From Nitrososphaeria archaeon (GTDB lineage Archaea > Thermoproteota > Nitrososphaeria > Nitrososphaerales > JAAOZN01), in assembly GCA_029775855.1 (NCBI GenBank), contig JARVJZ010000004.1, forward strand, positions 88,589 to 152,588: a stretch of 64,000 nt of DNA. The letters are read 5' to 3'. Positions 49,102 to 57,451 of this stretch are shown here, piece after piece. The notes under the pieces were generated by a model. That model saw only the letters and a list, made by a program, of their open reading frames with translations, had not been told where the DNA came from and searched no databases. The position numbers and the translations under genes are program-made. Every line of letters starts with the position of its first letter. The first letter of the stretch is position 1.

Positions 49102-50028
49102 ATGAATAAGTTATGCTTTAATAACTTGACTTCATATGGATGTGCGGGTAAAGCCTTGAAGATATACACCTATACAGCTTTAGCGATTCTTATACTTGCC
49201 TCAGTATTGACATTCCTACCTAACGTATATTCAGCGCAAGCAACAGCTGCCTTCAATCTCTCAGATGGTTTGATTAAGGTTGAAGTCACAAGCCCGGTAG
49301 AAGTCTATCAATTTCAACTCTCAATAACTCTACCTAGTGGTGCAACCATCAATGCTGCGCAAGCATCTACCACGGGCTTCATGGAGAATGCGGTCTTCCT
49401 GCAGGTGGGCAATGAATATAGGTGGTTCAATCTTGACGCAAAACCATCGAAGGTAGGCTCATTAACCGTGCCAGCTTCTGGAGTAGGTGTAGACAACTTA
49501 CCTCAGCTGCAGCTAGTAAGATTGGATCTGCTGGACGCGGGTGGAAATAAGATAGATCTTCAGCAGACATTACCGCTAAAGGCTACACTGGCACCGATTA
49601 CAGTGACAACTACGGTTAGGGAGACTATAACCACGACAACAACCGTAACCCAGACAACAACGCGCACAACCACAGTAACACAGCCTACAACAACCACACT
49701 CACATCAACCATAACGCAGCCGACCACAATTACAACTACCTCTACAGTCACACAACCAACCACAGTCACAATAACGGTTACTTCAACAACAACTCAGCCA
49801 ACAACAGTTACCGCGACATCTACAACTACAGCAACCGAAGTCAAAACCACAACTCAGACAACTACATCAACATCCACATACACAATAACTAGAACAGAGC
49901 TAGCAACTACAACGGCCTACAAAGAGATAACCGTAGACACAACACCATACATAGCAGGCATCGTTATACTGATAATTATAATCATCATCCTAGCGATCCT
50001 AATGCTTAGACGCAAAGCAGCGGTCTAA
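49102..50028 (+). CDS. Membrane-anchored protein: cohesin-like domain, Thr-rich stalk, C-terminal TM
   Basis: Signal segment, VEV.SP.EVYQFQLSITLP...LLDAGGNKI, about 110-aa Thr tract, TM plus RRK. Confidence 0.8.
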   Translation: MNKLCFNNLTSYGCAGKALKIYTYTALAILILASVLTFLPNVYSAQATAAFNLSDGLIKVEVTSPVEVYQFQLSITLPSGATINAAQASTTGFMENAVFLQVGNEYRWFNLDAKPSKVGSLTVPASGVGVDNLPQLQLVRLDLLDAGGNKIDLQQTLPLKATLAPITVTTTVRETITTTTTVTQTTTRTTTVTQPTTTTLTSTITQPTTITTTSTVTQPTTVTITVTSTTTQPTTVTATSTTTATEVKTTTQTTTSTSTYTITRTELATTTAYKEITVDTTPYIAGIVILIIIIIILAILMLRRKAAV

Positions 50029-50056
50029 ACCCCAATTTTTTAAACTTAGATAAAAG

Positions 50057-50129
50057 TGCGGGATGCGGGATTCGAACCCGCGACCACCAGCTTGGGGGGC
50101 TGGTATCCTAACCACTAGACCAATCCCGC
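50057..50129 (-). tRNA. tRNA-Gly(CCC), C at position 33, CCA not encoded
   Basis: Acceptor GCGGGAT/ATCCCGC; anticodon arm CCAGC-CCCCCAA-GCTGG; T-arm GCGGG-TTCGAAT-CCCGC. Confidence 0.9.
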
Positions 50130-50245
50130 CACATTAACTTCCCCTTCAGCCTCCTTTAAACCGTTACTCCCTTCTTTCTCAAGGAAGGGAGAAGATACTG
50201 AGAAGTAAAATCTTTAATCAAGCATTTCAGTAGCTAGAGTGAAGG

Positions 50246-50380
50246 GCCGCGGTCGCCTAGGCTAAACAAGGGGGAGACGCTAAATGCCCCAGCTCGGTAG
50301 GGCGCAGGCCTGGAGCCTTAGTCCAGCTTGTTAGCCTGTGACCCGCAAGGGTCTCGAGGGTTCAAATCCCTCCCGCGGCG
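50246..50380 (+). tRNA. tRNA-Ser(GGA) with a D-loop intron (about 32 nt) and a 37/38 intron (about 17 nt)
   Basis: Acceptor GCCGCGG/CCGCGGC; CAGGC-CTGGAG..A-GCCTG; variable and T arms nearly identical to tRNA-Ser(GCT). Confidence 0.88.
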
Positions 50381-50448
50381 CTCTCTATTAAGAAGCTGGT
50401 TAATATTAAAGATATTTAACGATTTAGGGAACTTTACTACTTATTATA

Positions 50449-50486
50449 GTTAATTAATTAATTAATTAACAAAAAATTTATATTTC
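50449..50486 (+). promoter_or_regulatory. 22-bp perfect palindrome followed by a BRE/TATA-like element of the downstream cassette
   Basis: GTTAATTAATTAATTAATTAAC (50449-50470), then AAAAAATTTATA about 27-38 nt upstream of ATG 50509. Confidence 0.55.
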
Positions 50487-50508
50487 AGATGCGCTCTTAC
50501 TCAGTTCT

Positions 50509-50778
50509 ATGAATTGGAAGGCGTCGAGTAAAGATTTCCGTGAAGAATTAGAAAGAATCTTCCAAGAAGGCGAGCGTAAAGGCTTACAATATGTAGATGT
50601 TATTTCAGGTGAGCTACATAGGAGAGTAGGTGGGTACCCCGGACGCAATCATAGAATGCCGCTCTGTTGTCACGTTATGCGAAGTATGATGCAAGAAGAA
50701 GATGAAGTGCTTGCTGAGCCGCCTAAAGGTAATGGGGCTACCCTAAAGATAAGGTATAGATTGCCAAGGAGGGTTTGA
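50509..50778 (+). CDS. Small conserved protein of unknown function (GELHR..GGYPG.NHRMP.CC family)
   Basis: 89 aa with SGELHRRVGGYPGRNHRMPLCC...PPKGNGATLKIRYRLPR, a family I recall near or fused to nucleases. Confidence 0.75.
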   Translation: MNWKASSKDFREELERIFQEGERKGLQYVDVISGELHRRVGGYPGRNHRMPLCCHVMRSMMQEEDEVLAEPPKGNGATLKIRYRLPRRV

Positions 50779-50779
50779 A

Positions 50780-51253
50780 GTGAGGATTCTTATAGTCGTA
50801 CCTTGCGGGAAGAGTAAGATCTGGGATGTAGACCAGGACAGAGGGCCGACGAGGGCAGAGGAAGCATACACTGGAGGGCCGTTCAAGGTTAATCGGGCGT
50901 TTGCAAAGAGATTCGCCGATAGATGGGTGATCCTTTCAGCTAAATACGGTTTCATAGACCCGTCTTTCACTATCCTCGAAAATTATAACGTGACATTTAA
51001 AGACCCTTCTACTAACCCGATAAGTTTAGAACAGCTAAGAAGCCAGGTGGATGAGATGAAGCTGGATGCATACGATGTCGTGATAGCCTTAGGCGGCAGA
51101 GATTACACATCAATAGTCAAGAGGTGTTTTGGCGATAAAAAGAAGGTGATATGCCCAGCTGAAGGGCTGCCGGTGGGTAAAGCTATGGGGTGCATCAGTA
51201 ATCTTACAAATCTCGACAGAGAGGAGATGCTAAGGGAGATAGGTTTGTGTTAA
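50780..51253 (+). CDS. DUF6884 / YaaA-like protein
   Basis: VPCGKSK, A.EAYTG..F, W.ILSAKYGF..P...ENYN, LGGRDY. Confidence 0.78.
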   Translation: MRILIVVPCGKSKIWDVDQDRGPTRAEEAYTGGPFKVNRAFAKRFADRWVILSAKYGFIDPSFTILENYNVTFKDPSTNPISLEQLRSQVDEMKLDAYDVVIALGGRDYTSIVKRCFGDKKKVICPAEGLPVGKAMGCISNLTNLDREEMLREIGLC

Positions 51254-51894
51254 TGTGGAGAAATTCTGTGGAAGAAATCTGTAGATGTGTACATGAACTT
51301 ATCAGCTCACTGTCAGCGTACTCTAATCCCAGTCAAGTGTCTTTCACCAATGGCCTATACTTCTTTTACGAGAAGGGGGAAGTGTCCATTCATGCACCCA
51401 ATGGTCGTGTTGTTAGAGTAGGTAATCACCCATATTCAAGCAATGGTTTAAAAAGGCGCTTGCAGCTCCACTACTCTGGAAACAAGAATAGCAGCGTGTT
51501 CCGCAAGTTCCTTGGAGGAGCTTTAATGCGTAGAGAAAACCCTGCACATCCATGTTTACCTCATTGGGAAAAGCAAGGCCAACCTACCTGCAAAGTATGC
51601 AGGAAGGTCGAAGAAGATGTTTCAAATCTTCTAAGAGCTAACTTCTACTTCCGATGTGTAAAGATCGAGGATAAAGGGACGCGTAATCTTCTTGAGAAAA
51701 AGCTGATAGCCACAATCTCTTCATGTAAGATATGTAAGCCGTCTGGAAATTGGTTAGGGAGGTACGCATATTCAGATCTTGTTAGAAGTTCTGGTTTATG
51801 GAACTCTAATTATGTTTATGATGGGGATTGGGTTATGTCAGCAGAAGATTTAAATTTGCTGCGTAATCTGATACAGTTAACGCGTGTAAGGTAA
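51247..51894 (+). CDS. Putative GIY-YIG-like nuclease
   Basis: GLYFF..VVRVG..LKRRL..H, SVFRK..G.AL, LEKKLI, SGLWN, which match the GxY / xxG / R / E / N layout of GIY-YIG. Start may be ATG 51253. Confidence 0.65.
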   Translation: MLMWRNSVEEICRCVHELISSLSAYSNPSQVSFTNGLYFFYEKGEVSIHAPNGRVVRVGNHPYSSNGLKRRLQLHYSGNKNSSVFRKFLGGALMRRENPAHPCLPHWEKQGQPTCKVCRKVEEDVSNLLRANFYFRCVKIEDKGTRNLLEKKLIATISSCKICKPSGNWLGRYAYSDLVRSSGLWNSNYVYDGDWVMSAEDLNLLRNLIQLTRVR

Positions 51895-52046
51895 TGACAG
51901 CGCAGAGCCGTATTGTTCTTTGCAGCTATTGTAAGAGAAGAAGGGCGGAATATGACATTGGCAGCGAGGTTTATCTATGCAAGGAATGTTACGAGGAGTG
52001 GCACTTTAACGCTTTTCAACAGATGAGTGAATTCAGCTTATTCTAA
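51894..52046 (+). CDS. 50-aa zinc-finger microprotein (not in the ORF track)
   Basis: MTAQSRIVLCSYCKRRRAEYDIGSEVYLCKECYEEWHFNAFQQMSEFSLF; two CxxC motifs; its ATG overlaps the upstream stop (TAATG). Confidence 0.7.
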   Translation: MTAQSRIVLCSYCKRRRAEYDIGSEVYLCKECYEEWHFNAFQQMSEFSLF

Positions 52047-53263
52047 CGATACACCGCTCTTTTTGAACGATCAACACCCACTGGAAGCAGAAGTATAACG
52101 CTTAAGACCATTGCCGCTGCTGAAAGTGTAAAGGCTGGGCTATAGCTACCCATAGACTCACGTAGAAAGCCCGCAACAATAGGAGATACTGTAGCACCGA
52201 TACCGTAAAATAAGGTCCATAAGCCGATTACTGATCCAGACGACTTCTCCTCAAAATACTCTGAAGCGCAAGCTGCATATATAGGGAACATAGACGCATA
52301 AAAGATGCCGTACATAATGGCTAAGAGCATCAGTAGATGGAGACTTGCTCCAATAGCAACCATGCTGTAGATTGACACTGCGACACCAAGGTTGCAGAGG
52401 GCTAAGCCTTGTATTCGACCTATTTTGTCTGATAGATATGGGAGGATTAGACTTGCGGGGATGCCGCTGAAGGCAACGGCGCTAGCCAGTCCTGCCGAAT
52501 AAGCATAATCTATTGAGAGATCTATGTTAAAGTATGCTACCATAAAGGTCATCGTGGTGCTTGTAGCGAAGGCTATAGCAAAGTATGATGAGGCTATGAA
52601 CCAGAACGTTCCTGATGATAAGATTATTTGAGTTGCTTCTTGTGTTCTAAATTCTCTTCGTCTATCCGTTGATTCTTTTTCTTTTAGGAGAAGCGCTGAG
52701 GCTGCAGCTAGTGTTAGGGTGAAGACGCCCATTAGATACCATCCATGCTGCCAACCATAGGTGTCTACAATTATTGGCAGCAGTAAACCCATCAAGCCGT
52801 ATCCAACACCATAGCCTGAATTCACTACTCCTATTGCTCTACCTCTCTTCTCAGCTTTAAACCACATAGTAACAAGCCTTATGATTGCAACCCATCCAGC
52901 GTGTGAACCAACCCCGACGAGCGCGAATAAGAAGACTCCTAGAGACCACTCTTTAACAGAACCCATCATAAATGTGCCGAACCCCATCACCACACAGAGC
53001 AGCGGTATAACCTTCTTGCAGCCAACTCTATCAACCATGAAGCCTATCAGTGGCGCTGATAGCGTATATGAGAGGAAATAGGCGCTTGCTATAAACCCGC
53101 TCTGAACATCTGTCAAATTTAGAGAAGACTTCATCGGCGGTATTAGAATACCGTATCCAAACCTTATGCCATATGATGCGAGCACAAGAAGAAAACCTAC
53201 ACCAAGTATCACATAACCCCAGTAAAAGCGCTTGAGCATCCTCTTGTATGAGAATAGACCCAT
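52043..53263 (-). CDS. MFS transporter
   Basis: About 12 TM segments, G.MVDRVG, WF..EKRG.A.G, LSDKIGR. Confidence 0.9.
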   Translation of the reverse strand: MGLFSYKRMLKRFYWGYVILGVGFLLVLASYGIRFGYGILIPPMKSSLNLTDVQSGFIASAYFLSYTLSAPLIGFMVDRVGCKKVIPLLCVVMGFGTFMMGSVKEWSLGVFLFALVGVGSHAGWVAIIRLVTMWFKAEKRGRAIGVVNSGYGVGYGLMGLLLPIIVDTYGWQHGWYLMGVFTLTLAAASALLLKEKESTDRRREFRTQEATQIILSSGTFWFIASSYFAIAFATSTTMTFMVAYFNIDLSIDYAYSAGLASAVAFSGIPASLILPYLSDKIGRIQGLALCNLGVAVSIYSMVAIGASLHLLMLLAIMYGIFYASMFPIYAACASEYFEEKSSGSVIGLWTLFYGIGATVSPIVAGFLRESMGSYSPAFTLSAAAMVLSVILLLPVGVDRSKRAVYR

Positions 53264-53317
53264 TAGATTAAGTTTCTCTTTTTAATAAAAATATGAAGTG
53301 GGTAGGTTTTCTTTATG

Positions 53318-54091
53318 CTACCTACCCTTAAAGACAGGCTTCCTCTTTTCCAGAAACGCTCTCATAGCCTCCTTTTGATCCTCAGTTGTGAAGAGTGGAA
53401 GCTGCTCGAGCTGCTGGTAAAGTAGCCCATCGTCGATCTGCATCTCTCCACCAACATTGATGGTCATCTTGATGGCGCCGATTGCCTTTGTCGGCCCGTT
53501 TGCTAATTGATTGGCGATTCTAAATGCTTCTTCAAAGAGTTTATCTGCTGGAACGACCCAGTTGACTAATCCAAGCTTCTGAGCTTCCCAAGCTGATATT
53601 GGATCTGGGAAGAAGAGGAGCTGCTTGGCCTTTAATCTGCCAACCCATCTAACTAGAAGCTGGGAGATTCCTGCGCCTGGTGAGATTCCTACGCCTACCT
53701 CTGGGTTGGCTAATCTTGCGTCATCAGCAGCAACGATGAGGTCAAAGCCGTTCAGCATATCCATTACGCAGAAGCCGTTGACCGCAGCTATAATCGGCTT
53801 CCTCAGCCTCATCATATATTTGTAGAGCTCTATCATTTTGCCGTTAAACTTGAGCATGAATTCTGGGGTTGCATCTTTGAACTCCTGTAAGTCGCCACCA
53901 GCATTAAAGTTCCTACCAGCAGCTGTGAATAGTATGGCTCTTACACTATCGTCTTCACCGGCTCTGTGCATGGCATCCCAGAGCTCAGAGACCATCTGAG
54001 AGTTGACTGCATTATTCACCTCAGGTCTATTCAAAGTGATTATAGCAACGCCGCCACGCTGCTCATACTTGATAGTCTTATACTCAGACAT
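53318..54091 (-). CDS. Enoyl-CoA hydratase/isomerase family protein
   Basis: ITLNRPE..NA, AGGDL, KPIIAAVNG, PEV.VG, AFLEKRKPVFKG. Confidence 0.9.
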   Translation of the reverse strand: MSEYKTIKYEQRGGVAIITLNRPEVNNAVNSQMVSELWDAMHRAGEDDSVRAILFTAAGRNFNAGGDLQEFKDATPEFMLKFNGKMIELYKYMMRLRKPIIAAVNGFCVMDMLNGFDLIVAADDARLANPEVGVGISPGAGISQLLVRWVGRLKAKQLLFFPDPISAWEAQKLGLVNWVVPADKLFEEAFRIANQLANGPTKAIGAIKMTINVGGEMQIDDGLLYQQLEQLPLFTTEDQKEAMRAFLEKRKPVFKGR

Positions 54092-54173
54092 AGCGCATCG
54101 TTAAGCATTTATCAAAAGGGTCTTTTTAGCCTTTCGACTAAAAGGTTAAAGCATCTTATGTCTTTCAAAATCT

Positions 54174-54872
54174 ATGATGCAGAGGGCTAAGGTAGGTACA
54201 TCTGGATACAGCTACTTTTGGAACTTAGGTGTGCCTACACCCTTTGAGTGGTATGTTAAACAAGGCTTTAACACAGTCGAGATCAATGCAAGCTTCTACC
54301 GTTTTCCCTCTCCAAGCTGGATCAAGGCTTGGAGTAAAGCGCCCTCAGGATTTGATTTCTCCGTTAAGGTGCATCGCTCTCTAACACACTACGCTAAGCT
54401 TTCAGAGAAAGCAGTAAAGCTTTGGTATATCTTCAAAGATCTGTTCAAACCTATTGGGGACAGAATTGCTTTCTGGCTCTTTCAGATGCCTCCAAGCTTT
54501 ACACCAACAGAAAAGAACCTAAAACGCATTAAAGCCTTCTTCAACACGCTGCATCTAGGCTCATCAGCTGCTGTTGAATTTAGGGATCCCGCGTGGTGGA
54601 GCGTTAAAAATGATTTAAAGGATTGTGAGGTTACTTTCTGCTCAGTAGATGCACCTTTTCTGCCGAGAGAAATAGTCTGTCTGAGTGATGCGCTCTATCT
54701 TAGGCTTCACGGTAGAGAAGAGTGGTACGCTTACACATATAGTAGGCGTGAACTTGAGGAGATTGCGAAGCGGGTTAAAGAAGCGCAAACAGAGAGAATA
54801 TACATATATTTGAACAACGACTTTGGTATGCTAGAGAATGGCAAACTTCTACTGAAGCTTTTAGAAGAGTAG
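54174..54872 (+). CDS. DUF72 family protein
   Basis: VGTSGY, TVEINASFYRFP, FQMPPSF, YLRLHGR, YLNND. Confidence 0.9.
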   Translation: MMQRAKVGTSGYSYFWNLGVPTPFEWYVKQGFNTVEINASFYRFPSPSWIKAWSKAPSGFDFSVKVHRSLTHYAKLSEKAVKLWYIFKDLFKPIGDRIAFWLFQMPPSFTPTEKNLKRIKAFFNTLHLGSSAAVEFRDPAWWSVKNDLKDCEVTFCSVDAPFLPREIVCLSDALYLRLHGREEWYAYTYSRRELEEIAKRVKEAQTERIYIYLNNDFGMLENGKLLLKLLEE

Positions 54873-54917
54873 GGTTAACTTTATCTACAATAAATAAGGT
54901 AATCATGCTGTATTACT

Positions 54918-55412
54918 TTGGCGCGCAGACGCATATTTCTACTCGTACTTCTCGCTCTGATAGGGGTTGCTGCATCAGGCTCAGCATCAGCTATGGGCAA
55001 AGAAGAAGCGAATAAGATGCTAGAAGATGTGAAAAAGAGTGTACCCTCTTCGCCAAATATTATAGACATATTCACTAACAACCTTAGAGTAGCTCTGCTT
55101 ATGCTAATACCAGGATTAGGGCTTATTCTAGCACCCTATGTGCTCTACAACACAGGATTGGTCTTCGCAGCCACAGGTGTAGTGAATGGTGTACCCGGTT
55201 TAATGCTTCTTTTGGCAACAGCTATTTTACCCTTTTTTTGGCTTGAGTTCGTAGCGTATGCCACATCCACCACGCAGAACCTATATCTGATATGGGCGAT
55301 TAAGTCCAAGACTCTTCGCTATGAGCTACGAAACCTTGGCTACAGCTTACTTATGATAGTACTCTTACTTCTGTTAGGCGCTTGGATAGAAACGCTCTTT
55401 CTATCTTCTTAA
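54918..55412 (+). CDS. SpoIIM / DUF95 family membrane protein
   Basis: IFTNNLRVAL, NTG, LP..WLE, LGAWIE. Confidence 0.8.
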   Translation: MARRRIFLLVLLALIGVAASGSASAMGKEEANKMLEDVKKSVPSSPNIIDIFTNNLRVALLMLIPGLGLILAPYVLYNTGLVFAATGVVNGVPGLMLLLATAILPFFWLEFVAYATSTTQNLYLIWAIKSKTLRYELRNLGYSLLMIVLLLLLGAWIETLFLSS

Positions 55413-55413
55413 C

Positions 55414-56859
55414 CTACTTAATTTTCTGATTGAGTCTAATCTTATTGTTGAGTTTCTCAAGTAGCCAAGGCATATACTTCTTGACCAACATAAGCATCTC
55501 GTCATTTCCTATCCTTGTAAGTCTACCTTCATCATACTTAGCTTGAATCTCTCTGTGGATCTCAGATACTCCAGGTGTTGACTTTGTAACCTTATTTTCT
55601 CCCGTGAGTCTAAAGTAGTGGTTTATCCAGAATACAACACCAGCTAACCCCGAATATTCAGAAACTGCTACACTTGGAGAGCGATCCAAGAGCTTCTCGG
55701 TGTCGAACGGCAGATACATTTCTATATTCTTTAATAATCCGTCTGCGTGTATTCCAGCCCAAGTTATGTTGAAGTTCTCGCCTACTATAGGGTAGTATGA
55801 AGGTATGCTGTAACCCACTTCCTCTTCGTAATATTGGGCTATCTTGGTTATGACTTTAGTGTCCATCCCATCTAAGTCGCCTTTTATGGTTGCATACATG
55901 AAGACCATCGCTTCTAAGGGTACATTTCCAGCCCTTTCACCTATACCCAGCAAGGTGCAGTTTACTAGCGATGCACCATATAGCCAAGCTGATACAGAGT
56001 TAGCAACACCCATGTGAAAATCGTTATGCCCATGAAACTCCAGACAATCAGATGGAACATCACATAAATTGTTGATTACCCAGATTAGCTTCGGCACGCT
56101 TCGTGGAAGCGCGCTCGAATCCCAAGGTAGTCCTATACCTAGTGTGTCGCATACCCTAACCTTAGCTGGTAACCCATATTTTCGCGAGAGTTTCATAAGT
56201 TTCTTTATGAATGGTACTACCACACCAAAGATGTCAGCCCTTGTGCTGTCCTCTAAATGCACTCTTGGCACTATACCAAGCTTGAAGGTTTCTTCAGCAA
56301 CCTCAAGATACTTTGATATAACCTTCTGCCTTCCTAACCCTTGAAACTTATAGAAGATATGGTAGTCGCTTACTGGTGTAACCATACCGCACTCCTCTAC
56401 ACCACTTTCTTTAACGAGCCTAAGGTCTTCGTACGTAGGTCTCATCCAACCAGCGATAATAGGATATTCATAGCCAAGATTTCTACAGGCCTCAACAGCT
56501 TCTCTATCCTTCTTAGAGTATAAGAAGAATTCTGATTGAAGAACCTTTCCCTTAGAGCCGCCTAACTCGTGTAATAGTGTATAAAGATCAACTATCTGCT
56601 TAACGGTATAGGGTTCACGCGCCTGCTGCCCGTCTCTAAATGTAGTGTCTGTTATCCAGATCTTGTCAGGTATCTTTATGGGTAAGAGAACACCGTCGAA
56701 GACAGTTAAAGGAGGCTTATCCCAAGGAAAGAACTCCTTGTAAAGCTTCGGCTGAGGCACTTCTACAACTTCGTAGTCAGGAAGGTCTATAGATTCCTTT
56801 CGAAGGTAGGATAGGAATTCCTGTCTTTTTTCGTAATCAAGGTAGTTCCACTTGCTCAA
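55414..56859 (-). CDS. DRE-TIM synthase, probable Re-citrate synthase
   Basis: IWITDTTFRDGQQ.R.PYTV.QIV, QSEFFLY, SDYHIF.K, HLED.TRAD, EFHGHNDF, GIHADG. Confidence 0.75.
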   Translation of the reverse strand: MSKWNYLDYEKRQEFLSYLRKESIDLPDYEVVEVPQPKLYKEFFPWDKPPLTVFDGVLLPIKIPDKIWITDTTFRDGQQAREPYTVKQIVDLYTLLHELGGSKGKVLQSEFFLYSKKDREAVEACRNLGYEYPIIAGWMRPTYEDLRLVKESGVEECGMVTPVSDYHIFYKFQGLGRQKVISKYLEVAEETFKLGIVPRVHLEDSTRADIFGVVVPFIKKLMKLSRKYGLPAKVRVCDTLGIGLPWDSSALPRSVPKLIWVINNLCDVPSDCLEFHGHNDFHMGVANSVSAWLYGASLVNCTLLGIGERAGNVPLEAMVFMYATIKGDLDGMDTKVITKIAQYYEEEVGYSIPSYYPIVGENFNITWAGIHADGLLKNIEMYLPFDTEKLLDRSPSVAVSEYSGLAGVVFWINHYFRLTGENKVTKSTPGVSEIHREIQAKYDEGRLTRIGNDEMLMLVKKYMPWLLEKLNNKIRLNQKIK

Positions 56860-56979
56860 GGTTCCTAACTATACCTATTGGATAGAGAGTATATTACCTT
56901 ATCGCTTTTCTGGGCAAACTAGCAGCAAATCACCCTATCACTTAACATTTGTCGATTAAAGTGTGTTCTTGCTGGACGA

Positions 56980-57441
56980 TTAATGTTTAGATACATTTAT
57001 AATTTCTGCACAAATAGTGCTTTGCAAATCGCTGACCTTTATCTTCATGACAGCGTTCGGTTCACCAGCAGCAGCCCAAACTTCGCTCCATCTGAAAAGG
57101 GATACATCAAGATAGATCTTCACTTGAGGGTTATGTGGAAACGGTGGGACACCTCCTATCACATAGCCTGTGTTTGCCTGGATGTATTCTGGGTCTGCCA
57201 TTTCAACTCTTTCATTTACGATGTTTGATAGGGTGTTTAAATCGACTTTTTTGTCGCCAGAGATTACTACGACGATAGGCCTAGAGCCTTTGAAGACTAT
57301 GGATTTGGCTATCTGTGCTACTGTGCAACCTAATGCTTCTGCCGCAAGCTTGGATGTCTTTGTGCTGGAGTCTAGAACTACAATTTCAGCATTTATACCT
57401 TTCTCATCGATAAAATGCTTAACCCGGTCTATCCCCTTCAA
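56980..57441 (-). CDS. YbaK/EbsC family aminoacyl-tRNA editing protein
   Basis: AQIAKSIVF, TGYVIGGVPPF, WAAAG. Confidence 0.9.
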   Translation of the reverse strand: MKGIDRVKHFIDEKGINAEIVVLDSSTKTSKLAAEALGCTVAQIAKSIVFKGSRPIVVVISGDKKVDLNTLSNIVNERVEMADPEYIQANTGYVIGGVPPFPHNPQVKIYLDVSLFRWSEVWAAAGEPNAVMKIKVSDLQSTICAEIINVSKH

Positions 57442-57451
57442 TTCTTCATCA

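Noticed and set aside
50167-50191. Hairpin CTCCCTTC/GAAGGGAG between the divergent tRNAs
   Set aside because: A real short inverted repeat, but no function can be supported from the sequence.
50381-52046. att duplication or integrase for the tRNA-Ser(GGA) cassette
   Set aside because: No copy of the tRNA 3' end and no recombinase are visible, so mobility is inferred only from position.
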